Positions 54,864 to 64,000 of a stretch of DNA of 64,000 nucleotides are shown in pieces (the stretch's first letter is position 1; each line of letters starts with the position of its first letter). The notes under the pieces are model-generated. The model saw only the letters and a list, made by a program, of their open reading frames with translations. It was not told the DNA's origin and ran no database searches. The stretch is from NCBI GenBank assembly GCA_963796965.1, contig CAWCNS010000012.1, forward strand, positions 1 to 64,000. Direction: 5' to 3'. The position numbers were made by a program, and so were the translations under genes. Origin of the DNA: Calditrichia bacterium. GTDB lineage: Bacteria; Calditrichota; Calditrichia; JAJRVZ01.

Positions 54864-56133
54864 ATGGAAACTACTAAAGTAAAAAGAAAATATAAAATAG
54901 ATAAACACACAAAATTCGACCCCTATAAATATCGCCCTGATTTTCCAATTCTCAGCGAAACGGTGCATGGCAAACCTCTGGTGTACCTGGATAATGCCGC
55001 GACAACACAGAAACCGATTCAGGTTATTGAAGCCATTAGTGATTATTATATGCATTATAATGCCAACGTACACCGTGCTATTTATAAACTTGGCGAGGAA
55101 GCTACCCGGGCTTTTGAGGATGCACGTAAAAAAGTTGCCCAATTTATTGCTGCTCCCTCAGAAAAACAGATTATCTTCACCAGAGGAACGACTGAGGCAA
55201 TAAACCTTGTCGCCAGCGGATGGGGGAGAAAATTTATTAGCCGGGGAGATGAGATAATTCTGAGCGAAATGGAGCATCATAGTAATTTAATCCCCTGGCA
55301 GATATTAGCAAAGGAAGTGGGAGCCTCCCTTAAATTTATTCCCTTTAAAGAAGATGGAACAATCGACTTTCCTGTGTTTGAGACGTTGTTAAGCAGTCAT
55401 ACAAAATTAATTGCCATTACACATATGTCCAATGTCTTTGGGACAATTAATCCAGTTATAAAAATTGTACAAATGGCACATGACAGAGGAATTCCTGTTC
55501 TCTTCGATGCCGCGCAAAGTGCAGCACATTTACCGGTTAGTGTCGAACATCTAAATTGCGACTTTCTGGCATTCTCAGGCCATAAGATGTTGGGACCAAC
55601 CGGAATTGGTGTTTTATATGCTAAAAGCCAAATTCTTGAAAATATGAATCCTTACCAGGGTGGGGGAGAGATGATTAGTTCCGTTTGGTTTGAAGAAGCC
55701 ACCTGGAATGAGATACCGCACAAGTTCGAAGCTGGAACACCAAATATCGCTGGTGCCATAGGTCTTGCTAAGAGCTATAGAATATTTGGAAGATGTGGGT
55801 ATGGTTAATCTGACTTTATATGAACAGGAATTAACAACTTACGCTTTGGAAAAAATGGCACGAATACCGGGAATGAAAATTTATGGTACAGCTCCGGAAA
55901 GAGGAGGTGTAATTTCTTTTAATCTTGGTGATATTCACCCTCATGATCTGTCTCACTTTCTCGATCAAGAGGGAATCGCCGTTAGAGCAGGTCATCATTG
56001 TGCACAACCGGTAATGAGAAAACTTAATATTGCTGCTACAACGAGGGTTAGTTTTTACTTTTATAATACAATAGATGAGATCGATTATCTGGTAGACCAA
56101 TTGGAAAAAGCAAAAGATTTCTTCGCCTTTTAG
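54864..56133 (+). CDS. sufS: Cysteine desulfurase SufS; one frameshift near 55770
   Basis: YLDNAAT, EHHSN, SGHKM, RAGHHCA. Confidence 0.93.
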
Positions 56134-56323
56134 CAGTATTTAACCCTTTTCTATACATCTGATTATTATCGCATATCCCGTATCACGTATCCCGTATCTC
56201 GTATCGCGTATCCCATATCCCATATCCCGTATCCCATATCCTGAACCCATTTCCCATCCTAATGATTCCACTTGCTTTATTGCCGGGGCAGGTGCTAAAT
56301 TGTTCCACTAACAAAAGGCGAAA

Positions 56324-57457
56324 ATGGTAAAAAGAATAGGTCTGGAAGAACGCAAGAATCTGGTCAATATTCGCAGAAAATTCAGAGCCCCGGTAATTGG
56401 TGTTACCGGGAATGTGGGAAAAACGACAACGATTGAAATGATTAAAACTGTCCTCGAGAAAAATGGCTCTGTTTTAAAATACAATCAAGGGCATGGTAAT
56501 TGGGATAATAACTTAAATACCCTTCGCAAACTATCCAGCGATTATAATTATGCCATCTTTGAATTTGATTTTCATCGTGGGCAAAATTTTGCTGAACTTC
56601 TTCGTCTTATAAAACCTAATATTGGCTTGGTTACAAATATTGGCGATGCACATCTCTCCTATATTGGGGGTATGGTTGATGTGGCGCTTCAGCGTTCTGA
56701 AGTAGTGAAATATTTGGCCAGGGATGGAACTGCCATATTAAATAAAGATGATGAACTTAGTTCAGCCTTAGGAAAGTATCTTACAACAAAAAATATATTT
56801 AAGTTTGGTCTAAGCCAGAACGCAGAATACTTTGCCTGTGGCATAGAACATCTTGGACCTAAGGGCACTTCATTTACTCTAAATAACAAGTTCCAGGTCA
56901 AAATCCCGGTTTACAGTATCAGTGATGTTTATAATTTTTTAGCCGCTACCGCTGCCTTGGTTGCACTTGATTTCCCCATAGATAAAATCATTGAAATATT
57001 TGAAAAAGATTATCAACTGCCTCAAGGTCGTGGAAAATTGTATAATTTAAACGGTTTCTATGTCATTGATGAAAGTTATGAGGCAACGACCCGATCAATT
57101 GCTAAGGCTTCCCGTGCAATGACCGGATTTAAGCCATACACAGATAAATTGGTTTATATTCTGGGCGATATGACAGAATATGGGCCAAATGTTGAGGAAC
57201 ATCATCTTAATATGGGTTATTTTTTATCCGCTCTGCCCATCGATTGTCTGATTACAGTTGGAAACTATGCATCTTATATTGGTAAAGGCTTTTCCCTGAT
57301 TCAGAACAAAGAGAAATTGGTCTATAATTGCAATTCAATCAATCAGATCTTGAAAACTTTAGATAGTGTTTTAAAGAATGAAGCTGTTATTACAGTGCAG
57401 GGGGTCGGCCAGGTTGCCTTGAGAAGAATTCTGAATTATCTGGGAAAGAAAACGTAA
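56324..57457 (+). CDS. MurF-like Mur ligase lacking the N-terminal domain
   Basis: GVTGNVGKTTT, TNIGDAH, GRG, IDESY, LGDMTEYG. Confidence 0.8.
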   Translation: MVKRIGLEERKNLVNIRRKFRAPVIGVTGNVGKTTTIEMIKTVLEKNGSVLKYNQGHGNWDNNLNTLRKLSSDYNYAIFEFDFHRGQNFAELLRLIKPNIGLVTNIGDAHLSYIGGMVDVALQRSEVVKYLARDGTAILNKDDELSSALGKYLTTKNIFKFGLSQNAEYFACGIEHLGPKGTSFTLNNKFQVKIPVYSISDVYNFLAATAALVALDFPIDKIIEIFEKDYQLPQGRGKLYNLNGFYVIDESYEATTRSIAKASRAMTGFKPYTDKLVYILGDMTEYGPNVEEHHLNMGYFLSALPIDCLITVGNYASYIGKGFSLIQNKEKLVYNCNSINQILKTLDSVLKNEAVITVQGVGQVALRRILNYLGKKT

Positions 57458-57458
57458 G

Positions 57459-57797
57459 ATGCATGAAATGTCCCTTGCTCAGAATATTTTAGATATCGTT
57501 GACGAATATATGCGTGATGAAAAAGGAAAACTTCTCGAGGTTGCTGTCGAAGTTGGTGAACTGGTTGCCGTCGTGCCGGACTCTCTCACCTTTTGTTATG
57601 AGGCATTGGTTGACAATACATCCTATGAGGGATCTAAAATTGTCATAAAAGTACTTCCACTATCAGCCACATGTAAAAATTGTTCAAAATCATTTAAAAT
57701 TGAAGACTTTAATTTTATATGCCCACAATGTAAAAATACAGATGTAATGGTGCAAAGTGGTCAGGAATTAAGAATTAGCCATCTGGAGGTAGAATAG
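57459..57797 (+). CDS. hypA: Hydrogenase nickel metallochaperone
   Basis: MHE start, two CxxC. Confidence 0.95.
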   Translation: MHEMSLAQNILDIVDEYMRDEKGKLLEVAVEVGELVAVVPDSLTFCYEALVDNTSYEGSKIVIKVLPLSATCKNCSKSFKIEDFNFICPQCKNTDVMVQSGQELRISHLEVE

Positions 57798-58445
57798 ATG
57801 TCCGTTATAACTGTAGAGAGAAAAATTTTAAAGAAAAATGATGAGGTTGCTGCTGAAAATAGAAAGATTTTCAAAGATAATAATGTATATACCATCAATC
57901 TTCTTAGTTCTCCCGGATCAGGTAAAACCAGTTTGCTTGAGAAAACACTTGAATTGCTAAATAATGCCATAAAAATTGGTGTAGTTGAAGGTGATGTTCA
58001 AACCGATAATGATGCACGACGGGTTGCACAATATGATGTTCCGGTGGTTCAAATTGTAACAAATGGTGGATGTCACCTGGAAGCAAAATTAGTGCAAAAT
58101 GCCCTGGATAACTTTGATCTTCCATCACTTCAACTTTTGGTAATTGAAAATGTAGGTAATCTCGTCTGCCCGGCAAATTATGATCTTGGAGAAGAAAAAA
58201 AAATAGTTATGGTTAGCACGACTGAAGGAGATGACAAACCTGCCAAATACCCAGCCATGTTTCGAGCTTCTGACATGATGATCATTAACAAGATCGATTT
58301 GTTGGACTATGTGGATTTTGATATGAAACGAGTCCGGGAACATGCTCTTACTATCAACCCTGACCTGGAGATAATCGAATTGTCATGTAAAACTGGTGAG
58401 GGCCTGGATGATTGGATAGAATGGTTGATGAGAACCAGTCAATAG
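57798..58445 (+). CDS. hypB: Hydrogenase nickel incorporation GTPase
   Basis: SPGSGKT, GGCH, ENVGNLVCP, NKID. Confidence 0.96.
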   Translation: MSVITVERKILKKNDEVAAENRKIFKDNNVYTINLLSSPGSGKTSLLEKTLELLNNAIKIGVVEGDVQTDNDARRVAQYDVPVVQIVTNGGCHLEAKLVQNALDNFDLPSLQLLVIENVGNLVCPANYDLGEEKKIVMVSTTEGDDKPAKYPAMFRASDMMIINKIDLLDYVDFDMKRVREHALTINPDLEIIELSCKTGEGLDDWIEWLMRTSQ

Positions 58446-58622
58446 ATGTTGTAAACTTTTCCTACAGCCACTAAATTAATCCAACATATTTGCTTTAAAT
58501 ATTAGAAAAATCAACAATCTATCCCCTGTGGACCTGTATAAAAATTTCTCATTTCCTGCAATTAAGGAAAATTCAGTCATTTGGCATAGCATGCTATCAG
58601 GTCGTTTCAATACTCAGTTTAA

Positions 58623-58639
58623 ACGGCATCATATTTGCA
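58623..58639 (+). promoter_or_regulatory. Possible sigma54 (-24/-12) promoter of the OmpA gene
   Basis: CGGCATCATATTTGCA: GG-N10-GC. Confidence 0.45.
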
Positions 58640-58718
58640 GAACTAAAAAAGGCTTTTATTTCAGTTTAAAAATTAATATCTTTCATAAATCTATGTAGTA
58701 ATTAACTTTGGAGTCAAA

Positions 58719-60127
58719 ATGTTAAAAAATCCAGCGATTCATATAAAAATCTTGTTGATAACAATGTTGCTAGTCTCGACGTCCCTAGCTCAAACAGCCA
58801 AGGATAATATTTTTGCGGATGTGGAGAAGATGATAGAAGAGGCGCGGGCCCAGGGTGCTGAGCTTTTAGCACCGGAATCTTTTAAAAAAGCCGTTGAAAG
58901 TTTTAATGAAGCAAATGATTACTATAAGAATAATGAAAGTACCCGGGATATCCGCGAAAAACTGACCGAGGCGCAGCAACATTGTAACCGGGCAATGGAG
59001 GTTGTCAATCTTGGTAAAATTTCTTTAAAAGATGCCACACAAGCCCATTATGATGCGATGAAAGCGAAAGCGGATTCTTATGCCCCTGAGCTATTTAAGG
59101 AAGGGCAGGAACTCTTCAAAGAGGCAACTGTAGAGTTGGAAGATGGGGATATTGAGGGTGCCAGGGATAAGGGAAGTGAGGCTGAAAAGCTCTTTCGCCA
59201 GGCAGAACTCAAGTCTATAAAGGCCGCTATTCTTGGAGAATCCAGAAAATTGATCGAAGAAGCGAAGGAAAAAGAATGTCCGGAAGTTGCACCAAATACA
59301 TTTAATTATGCCCAAAGCCTTTTAAATGAAGTTGAATCTCTATTGACAAATAACCGCTATGCTGTGGAAGAGGCGAAAGCGAAGGCTACTGAATGTGAAT
59401 ATCAGGCGAAACATGCCATGTATCTGACCTCAGAAATAAAATCCTTAAAAGAAGATGAACGAAATTGGGAAAAATTGCTTCTTGAAGCAGAAGATATTTT
59501 AACCGGATTTTCCGGGCAATTTAATGAAATGCCTCAATATGATCATGGGTTGAATGATGCCATTACTCTGATTCAAACAAAAATAACCGAGATGCAAACT
59601 GAAAATGATGAACTGCGGGCAAAGGTGACCAATTTACAGGAAAAATATGAGGTCGTCAGAGAAGAAGCCGTAGTGTCGTCTACGGAATTAGTAAAAAGCA
59701 GGAACTTGAGGCTAACATTTCCACAATTAAGGCCATGTTTACACCCAATGAGGCCAAGGTCGTTTTTGATGGTGATAATCTGGTACTTCATGTTTATGGT
59801 ATTAATTTTCCCTCTGGTAGGGCCATCATCCAACCGGAATATTTTTCTCTGCTTACAAAGGTGCAGGAATCGATAAAAGTTTTTCCGGAGCGCCACATTC
59901 TGATTGAAGGACATACAGATAGTCAGGGTAATGCTTCTACAAATAAAAGCTTGTCGGAGGAGCGGGCCTCGGCTGTGCGTGAGTATATCATAGCCAATAT
60001 GAACCTTGATCGTGAGCAAATTACATCTGTTGGATATGGATCTGCACAACCCATTGCATCAAATAAAACGGCAGAAGGACGGTCCCAAAACCGACGAATT
60101 GATGTTGTAATCAATCTTAGCAATTGA
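58719..60127 (+). CDS. Secreted coiled-coil protein with C-terminal OmpA peptidoglycan-binding domain; one frameshift
   Basis: Signal peptide; EGHTDSQG, LSEERA, NRRID. Confidence 0.88.
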
Positions 60128-60136
60128 GGTTAACCC

Positions 60137-60364
60137 ATGTGTCTGGCTGTACCAATGAAAGTGATCTCCAGAAATGATGGCACAGGTGTTGCCGAAATGT
60201 CGGGAGTAAAAAAAGAACTAAGTTTTATAATGCTTCCTGAAGCAAAGGTTGGTGATTATGTTATTGTTCATGCCGGATTTGCCATCCAGATATTAAATGA
60301 AGAGGAAGCACAAAAATCACTTGACTTATTCAGAGAGATGGCCGACCTCAGCGATGAAACCTGA
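60137..60364 (+). CDS. hypC: Hydrogenase chaperone
   Basis: MCLAVP, VHAGFAI. Confidence 0.95.
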   Translation: MCLAVPMKVISRNDGTGVAEMSGVKKELSFIMLPEAKVGDYVIVHAGFAIQILNEEEAQKSLDLFREMADLSDET

Positions 60365-60372
60365 TCCCGTTA

Positions 60373-62649
60373 ATGTCTTCAATAAACCGACTACAAATAA
60401 ACGTTTCAGGAATTGTGCAGGGCGTAGGCTTTCGTCCTTCTGTTTATAGATTAGCAAAACGTCTTAACCTTGATGGTTTCGTAAGTAATAATTCTAAAGG
60501 TGTGTTGATTGAAATTGAGGGAATAATTGAATCGACACACCTTTTTTTACAAACAATTTCCCGCCAACCGCCGCCTCTGGCCCAAATTACACATATTCAA
60601 TATCAGGAGATACCACCTCTCAATCAATCCGGATTTATCATCCAGGAAAGTCAGGCAGAAAAGCAAAGATCCACATTGATATCACCGGATATTGCCACCT
60701 GTGTTGATTGTCTGAAAGAAATGAATGATCCTGCTGACAGACGATATCATTATCCATTTATCAATTGTACAAATTGCGGTCCCCGCTATACAATAATATC
60801 GGATATACCCTATGATCGACCAAATACTTCAATGGCTGGTTTTAAGATGTGTCCGGAATGTCGCAAGGAATATGAAAACCCCAGCGATCGACGGTTTCAC
60901 GCCCAACCAAATGCCTGTGCGAAATGTGGGCCAACTCTTCGATTTTTAAACCAGGATCAATCAGAGAGTGACAAAGATCCTATTATGGCGACTATATCTG
61001 CATTAAAGGAAGGCAAAATCGTTGCAATTAAGGGTCTTGGGGGATTTCATCTGGCCGTAGATGCTGCAAATTCACAGGGAATTAACCTGTTGCGGCAAAG
61101 AAAAAAACGGTTTGAAAAACCGCTGGCCCTGATGGTTAAAAATACAGATAGTGCTAAGAAATACACCTATGTGAATGATGAAAAGATTAATCTTCTTGAG
61201 AGTTTGCATCGTCCCATCGTCCTGTGTAAAAAGAAAGAGGAGCATGGGCTGGCTGAAGCCATTTCACCCGACAATGAATATTTTGGGATTATGCTGCCTT
61301 ATACACCTCTCCATGAATTATTGTTTGTTGATGGGCGGGTGGATGTCCTGGTTATGACGAGTGCTAATATCTCTGAAGAGCCGATTTGTATTGAAAATAA
61401 TGAATGTTTCGACCGAATGAACCATATCGCTGACTGTTATTTAATCCATGATCGTGATATTTATATCCGTTGTGACGATTCTGTTCTCCAGGTAGAAGGT
61501 AGATCAGAGATATTTATTCGCAGATCAAGAGGATATTCACCAAGACCAATAATACTTAAAACCTATGGTGATCCCGTGCTGGCAGTGGGTGGGCAACTCA
61601 AAAATACGATCTGTCTAACACGTGATAATTCAGCTTTTATGAGTCAGCATATAGGTGATCTGGAGAACCTGGAAACCCTGCAGGCATTTGAAAATACCAT
61701 TCAGCACCTTCAGAATCTTTTTGAAATTGAGCCAAAACATATCATATATGATCTTCACCCTGAATACCTTTCCTCAAAATGGGTACAAGATAATGCTTCT
61801 TTGCCGTCATTCCCGATTCAACATCACTATGCTCATATCCTTAGTGTTATGGCCGAACATGATCTGAGTGAAAATATTATGGGTTTTGCATTAGATGGAA
61901 CGGGATATGGTGAGGATGGTGCTATCTGGGGGGGAGAAATTCTTCTTTGTAATCATTCAACTTACAGTCGTTTGGCCTATTTCGATTATGTTTCCATGCC
62001 GGGCGGTGACGCTGCAATAAAGGAACCCTGGCGAATGGCTGCAGCTTATCTGCAGAAGAATTTAAATAATGGTGAGCATATAGCCCTTGAATTATTTCCC
62101 GATAAGTCGTCTCAGTTAAATATCATTAGACAAATGATTGAGAGAAGGGTAAATACGCCCATGACTTCCAGTTGTGGAAGATTATTTGATGCGGTTGCGG
62201 CTATACTTGGTTTGCGGGATGAGGTGGCCTATGAAGGTCAGGCTGCGATTATGCTTGAGGCTGTTGCCCATAAATCGAGACATAACTTTCCTCTGATTGC
62301 ACCATTTGAGGTAGAGAAAAAAGATGACATGAGAGTAATTTGTTCAAATGAAATTTTCGAAGACATCGTAAAATTTAAAAAACAGGGTATGGATATTGCT
62401 AATATCAGCCTCGCTTTTCATAACGCTTTAATTGATGTTTTTCTTCAAATAGCTCTTCTTATAAGAGATGAAAAAGGTACTGAAAAAGTAGCTTTGAGTG
62501 GTGGGTGTTTCCAAAACATTTTGTTGCACGCCGGATTAATCCAAAAACTTCAGGATAACGGGTTTAGTGTTTATATGAATATCGAAGTACCACCAAACGA
62601 TGGAGGCCTGGCATTAGGACAAGCCTATTGGGGGATGCTTAATTATTGA
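60373..62649 (+). CDS. hypF: Carbamoyltransferase
   Basis: GIVQGVGFRP, NCTNCGPR, RRFHAQ, QHHYAH, PNDGG. Confidence 0.96.
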   Translation: MSSINRLQINVSGIVQGVGFRPSVYRLAKRLNLDGFVSNNSKGVLIEIEGIIESTHLFLQTISRQPPPLAQITHIQYQEIPPLNQSGFIIQESQAEKQRSTLISPDIATCVDCLKEMNDPADRRYHYPFINCTNCGPRYTIISDIPYDRPNTSMAGFKMCPECRKEYENPSDRRFHAQPNACAKCGPTLRFLNQDQSESDKDPIMATISALKEGKIVAIKGLGGFHLAVDAANSQGINLLRQRKKRFEKPLALMVKNTDSAKKYTYVNDEKINLLESLHRPIVLCKKKEEHGLAEAISPDNEYFGIMLPYTPLHELLFVDGRVDVLVMTSANISEEPICIENNECFDRMNHIADCYLIHDRDIYIRCDDSVLQVEGRSEIFIRRSRGYSPRPIILKTYGDPVLAVGGQLKNTICLTRDNSAFMSQHIGDLENLETLQAFENTIQHLQNLFEIEPKHIIYDLHPEYLSSKWVQDNASLPSFPIQHHYAHILSVMAEHDLSENIMGFALDGTGYGEDGAIWGGEILLCNHSTYSRLAYFDYVSMPGGDAAIKEPWRMAAAYLQKNLNNGEHIALELFPDKSSQLNIIRQMIERRVNTPMTSSCGRLFDAVAAILGLRDEVAYEGQAAIMLEAVAHKSRHNFPLIAPFEVEKKDDMRVICSNEIFEDIVKFKKQGMDIANISLAFHNALIDVFLQIALLIRDEKGTEKVALSGGCFQNILLHAGLIQKLQDNGFSVYMNIEVPPNDGGLALGQAYWGMLNY

Positions 62650-62855
62650 AAATTGTCCAAAGGACTCCTTCGGAGAAGATTGAACAATGAAAATTAGATA
62701 CGAGATATGGGATACTTAATACGTGGTAGTTGGAAATTGGGACTTTGATTTTCATTTGAAATTGGGATTTTAATATTTGAAATTGATTAGGAATAACATA
62801 TGTTATTACATCTACGAGTTCAATTCATAGAATAATTAATTATTGGGAAAAGTTA

Positions 62856-63947
62856 ATGAGGTATATTGAGGAATTTCGTGACCCTCGCTTTGCTCGGGTA
62901 TTGGTTGAGCAGATAAAAAAGAAAGCAGAATCACTTCCTGAAATAAAATTGATGGAAGTTTGTGGTTCACATACAATGGCTATTGCCCGTTATGGAATTC
63001 GTCAAATGTTACCGCCAAACATAAAATTAATTTCCGGACCAGGATGCCCGGTATGTGTAACAGCAAATAATTATCTGGATAAAGCCCTTGCCATAAGCCG
63101 GCTTCCAGATCTTATAATTACCACATTTGGGGATATGATGCGAGTCCCTGGTTCAACTACCTCGCTGGAGAAGGAACGCTCAAATGGTGGTGACATTCGA
63201 GTCGTTTATTCAACGATGGATGCCCTCCAACTTGCTAATGATAATCCTGATAAAAAGATAGTTTTTTTAGGAGTAGGTTTTGAAACCACGGCACCGACTA
63301 TTGCCGCATCAATTTTAGAGGCAGAGAAATTAGATGTGGGTAATTATGCCGTTCTTTGTGCACATAAAACAATGCCCAAACCAATGGAGACGATTGCCGG
63401 TGGTGAGCGTGTTGATTTACAGGGTTTTATATGTCCGGCACATGTGAGTACAATTATTGGTGCAAAGCCTTACGCATTTTTAGCGGAAAAGTATCATAAA
63501 GCCTGTGTGATTGCAGGGTTTGAACCTTTGGATGTGCTTGAGTCTGTTAAAATGCTCCTTGGTCAGATTGAATCTGATTCTCCAACAGTTGAAATTCAAT
63601 ATTCAAGGGTTACAAAAGAAGAGGGAAATCCTGCGGCACTCACAATAATGTCAGAGGTGTTTGAGGTGTGTGATGCTGATTGGAGAGGTATTGGTTCAAT
63701 TCCGGGGAGCGGTCTTAAAATCAATAATAAATACAGCCGTTTTGATGCCGATACTATATATCAAATTGAGGTTGAACCTACCCAGGAGGCAGAGGGTTGC
63801 ATTTGTGGTGAGATTATGCAGGGGGTCGCTATGCCAGACGAATGTGCTTTGTTTGGGACTGTTTGTACACCGGAAGATCCGGTCGGGGCCTGTATGGTCT
63901 CCTCTGAAGGTAGTTGTGCGGCAGCACATAAATATGAAAGTTCTTAA
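62856..63947 (+). CDS. hypD: Hydrogenase formation protein
   Basis: MEVCGSHT, GPGCPVC, GFETT, CMVSSEGSC. Confidence 0.96.
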   Translation: MRYIEEFRDPRFARVLVEQIKKKAESLPEIKLMEVCGSHTMAIARYGIRQMLPPNIKLISGPGCPVCVTANNYLDKALAISRLPDLIITTFGDMMRVPGSTTSLEKERSNGGDIRVVYSTMDALQLANDNPDKKIVFLGVGFETTAPTIAASILEAEKLDVGNYAVLCAHKTMPKPMETIAGGERVDLQGFICPAHVSTIIGAKPYAFLAEKYHKACVIAGFEPLDVLESVKMLLGQIESDSPTVEIQYSRVTKEEGNPAALTIMSEVFEVCDADWRGIGSIPGSGLKINNKYSRFDADTIYQIEVEPTQEAEGCICGEIMQGVAMPDECALFGTVCTPEDPVGACMVSSEGSCAAAHKYESS

Positions 63948-63964
63948 TAGGTGGATTTTTAATA

Positions 63965-64000
63965 ATGAAAAATTTGGATAGAATATTACTTGGCCATGGA
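63965..64000 (+). CDS. hypE: Start of HypE (runs off the window)
   Basis: MKNLDRILLGHG directly after hypD. Confidence 0.7.
   Translation, partial: MKNLDRILLGHG

Overview
AT-rich bacterial chromosomal window; the gene content (T9SS-type C-terminal domains, suf, hyp, thyX) suggests a Calditrichota/FCB-related host, which is an inference. 1-13.5 kb is a sedentary integron: intI (12521-13477, +), attI (~11982-11988) and 12 minus-strand cassettes separated by attC sites of two main families, with the array continuing off the left edge. One attC is split by an IS110-family (IS1111-type) element. Its 3' non-coding region holds short segments matching both the attC target flanks and its own ends, in a bridge-RNA/seekRNA-like arrangement; this is the strongest candidate system in the window. 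The rest is mostly housekeeping: LEA, MATE, sigma70, glpD, trxA, Crp, STAND-like ATPase, ccmF, S9 peptidase, ArsS-type radical SAM, thyX, nadA, M48, tdh-kbl, MFS, tRNA-Ala, the rrf2-sufBCD-sufU-sufT-sufS cluster and hypAB-ompA-hypCFDE. Intergenic DNA is crowded with repeats: ~173-bp tandem units that fold only on the transcribed strand, a TTAA-flanked MITE sitting in frame inside a gene, REP-like hairpins and heptamer arrays. Many genes, including conserved ones, are split by single-base indels, most likely sequencing errors.
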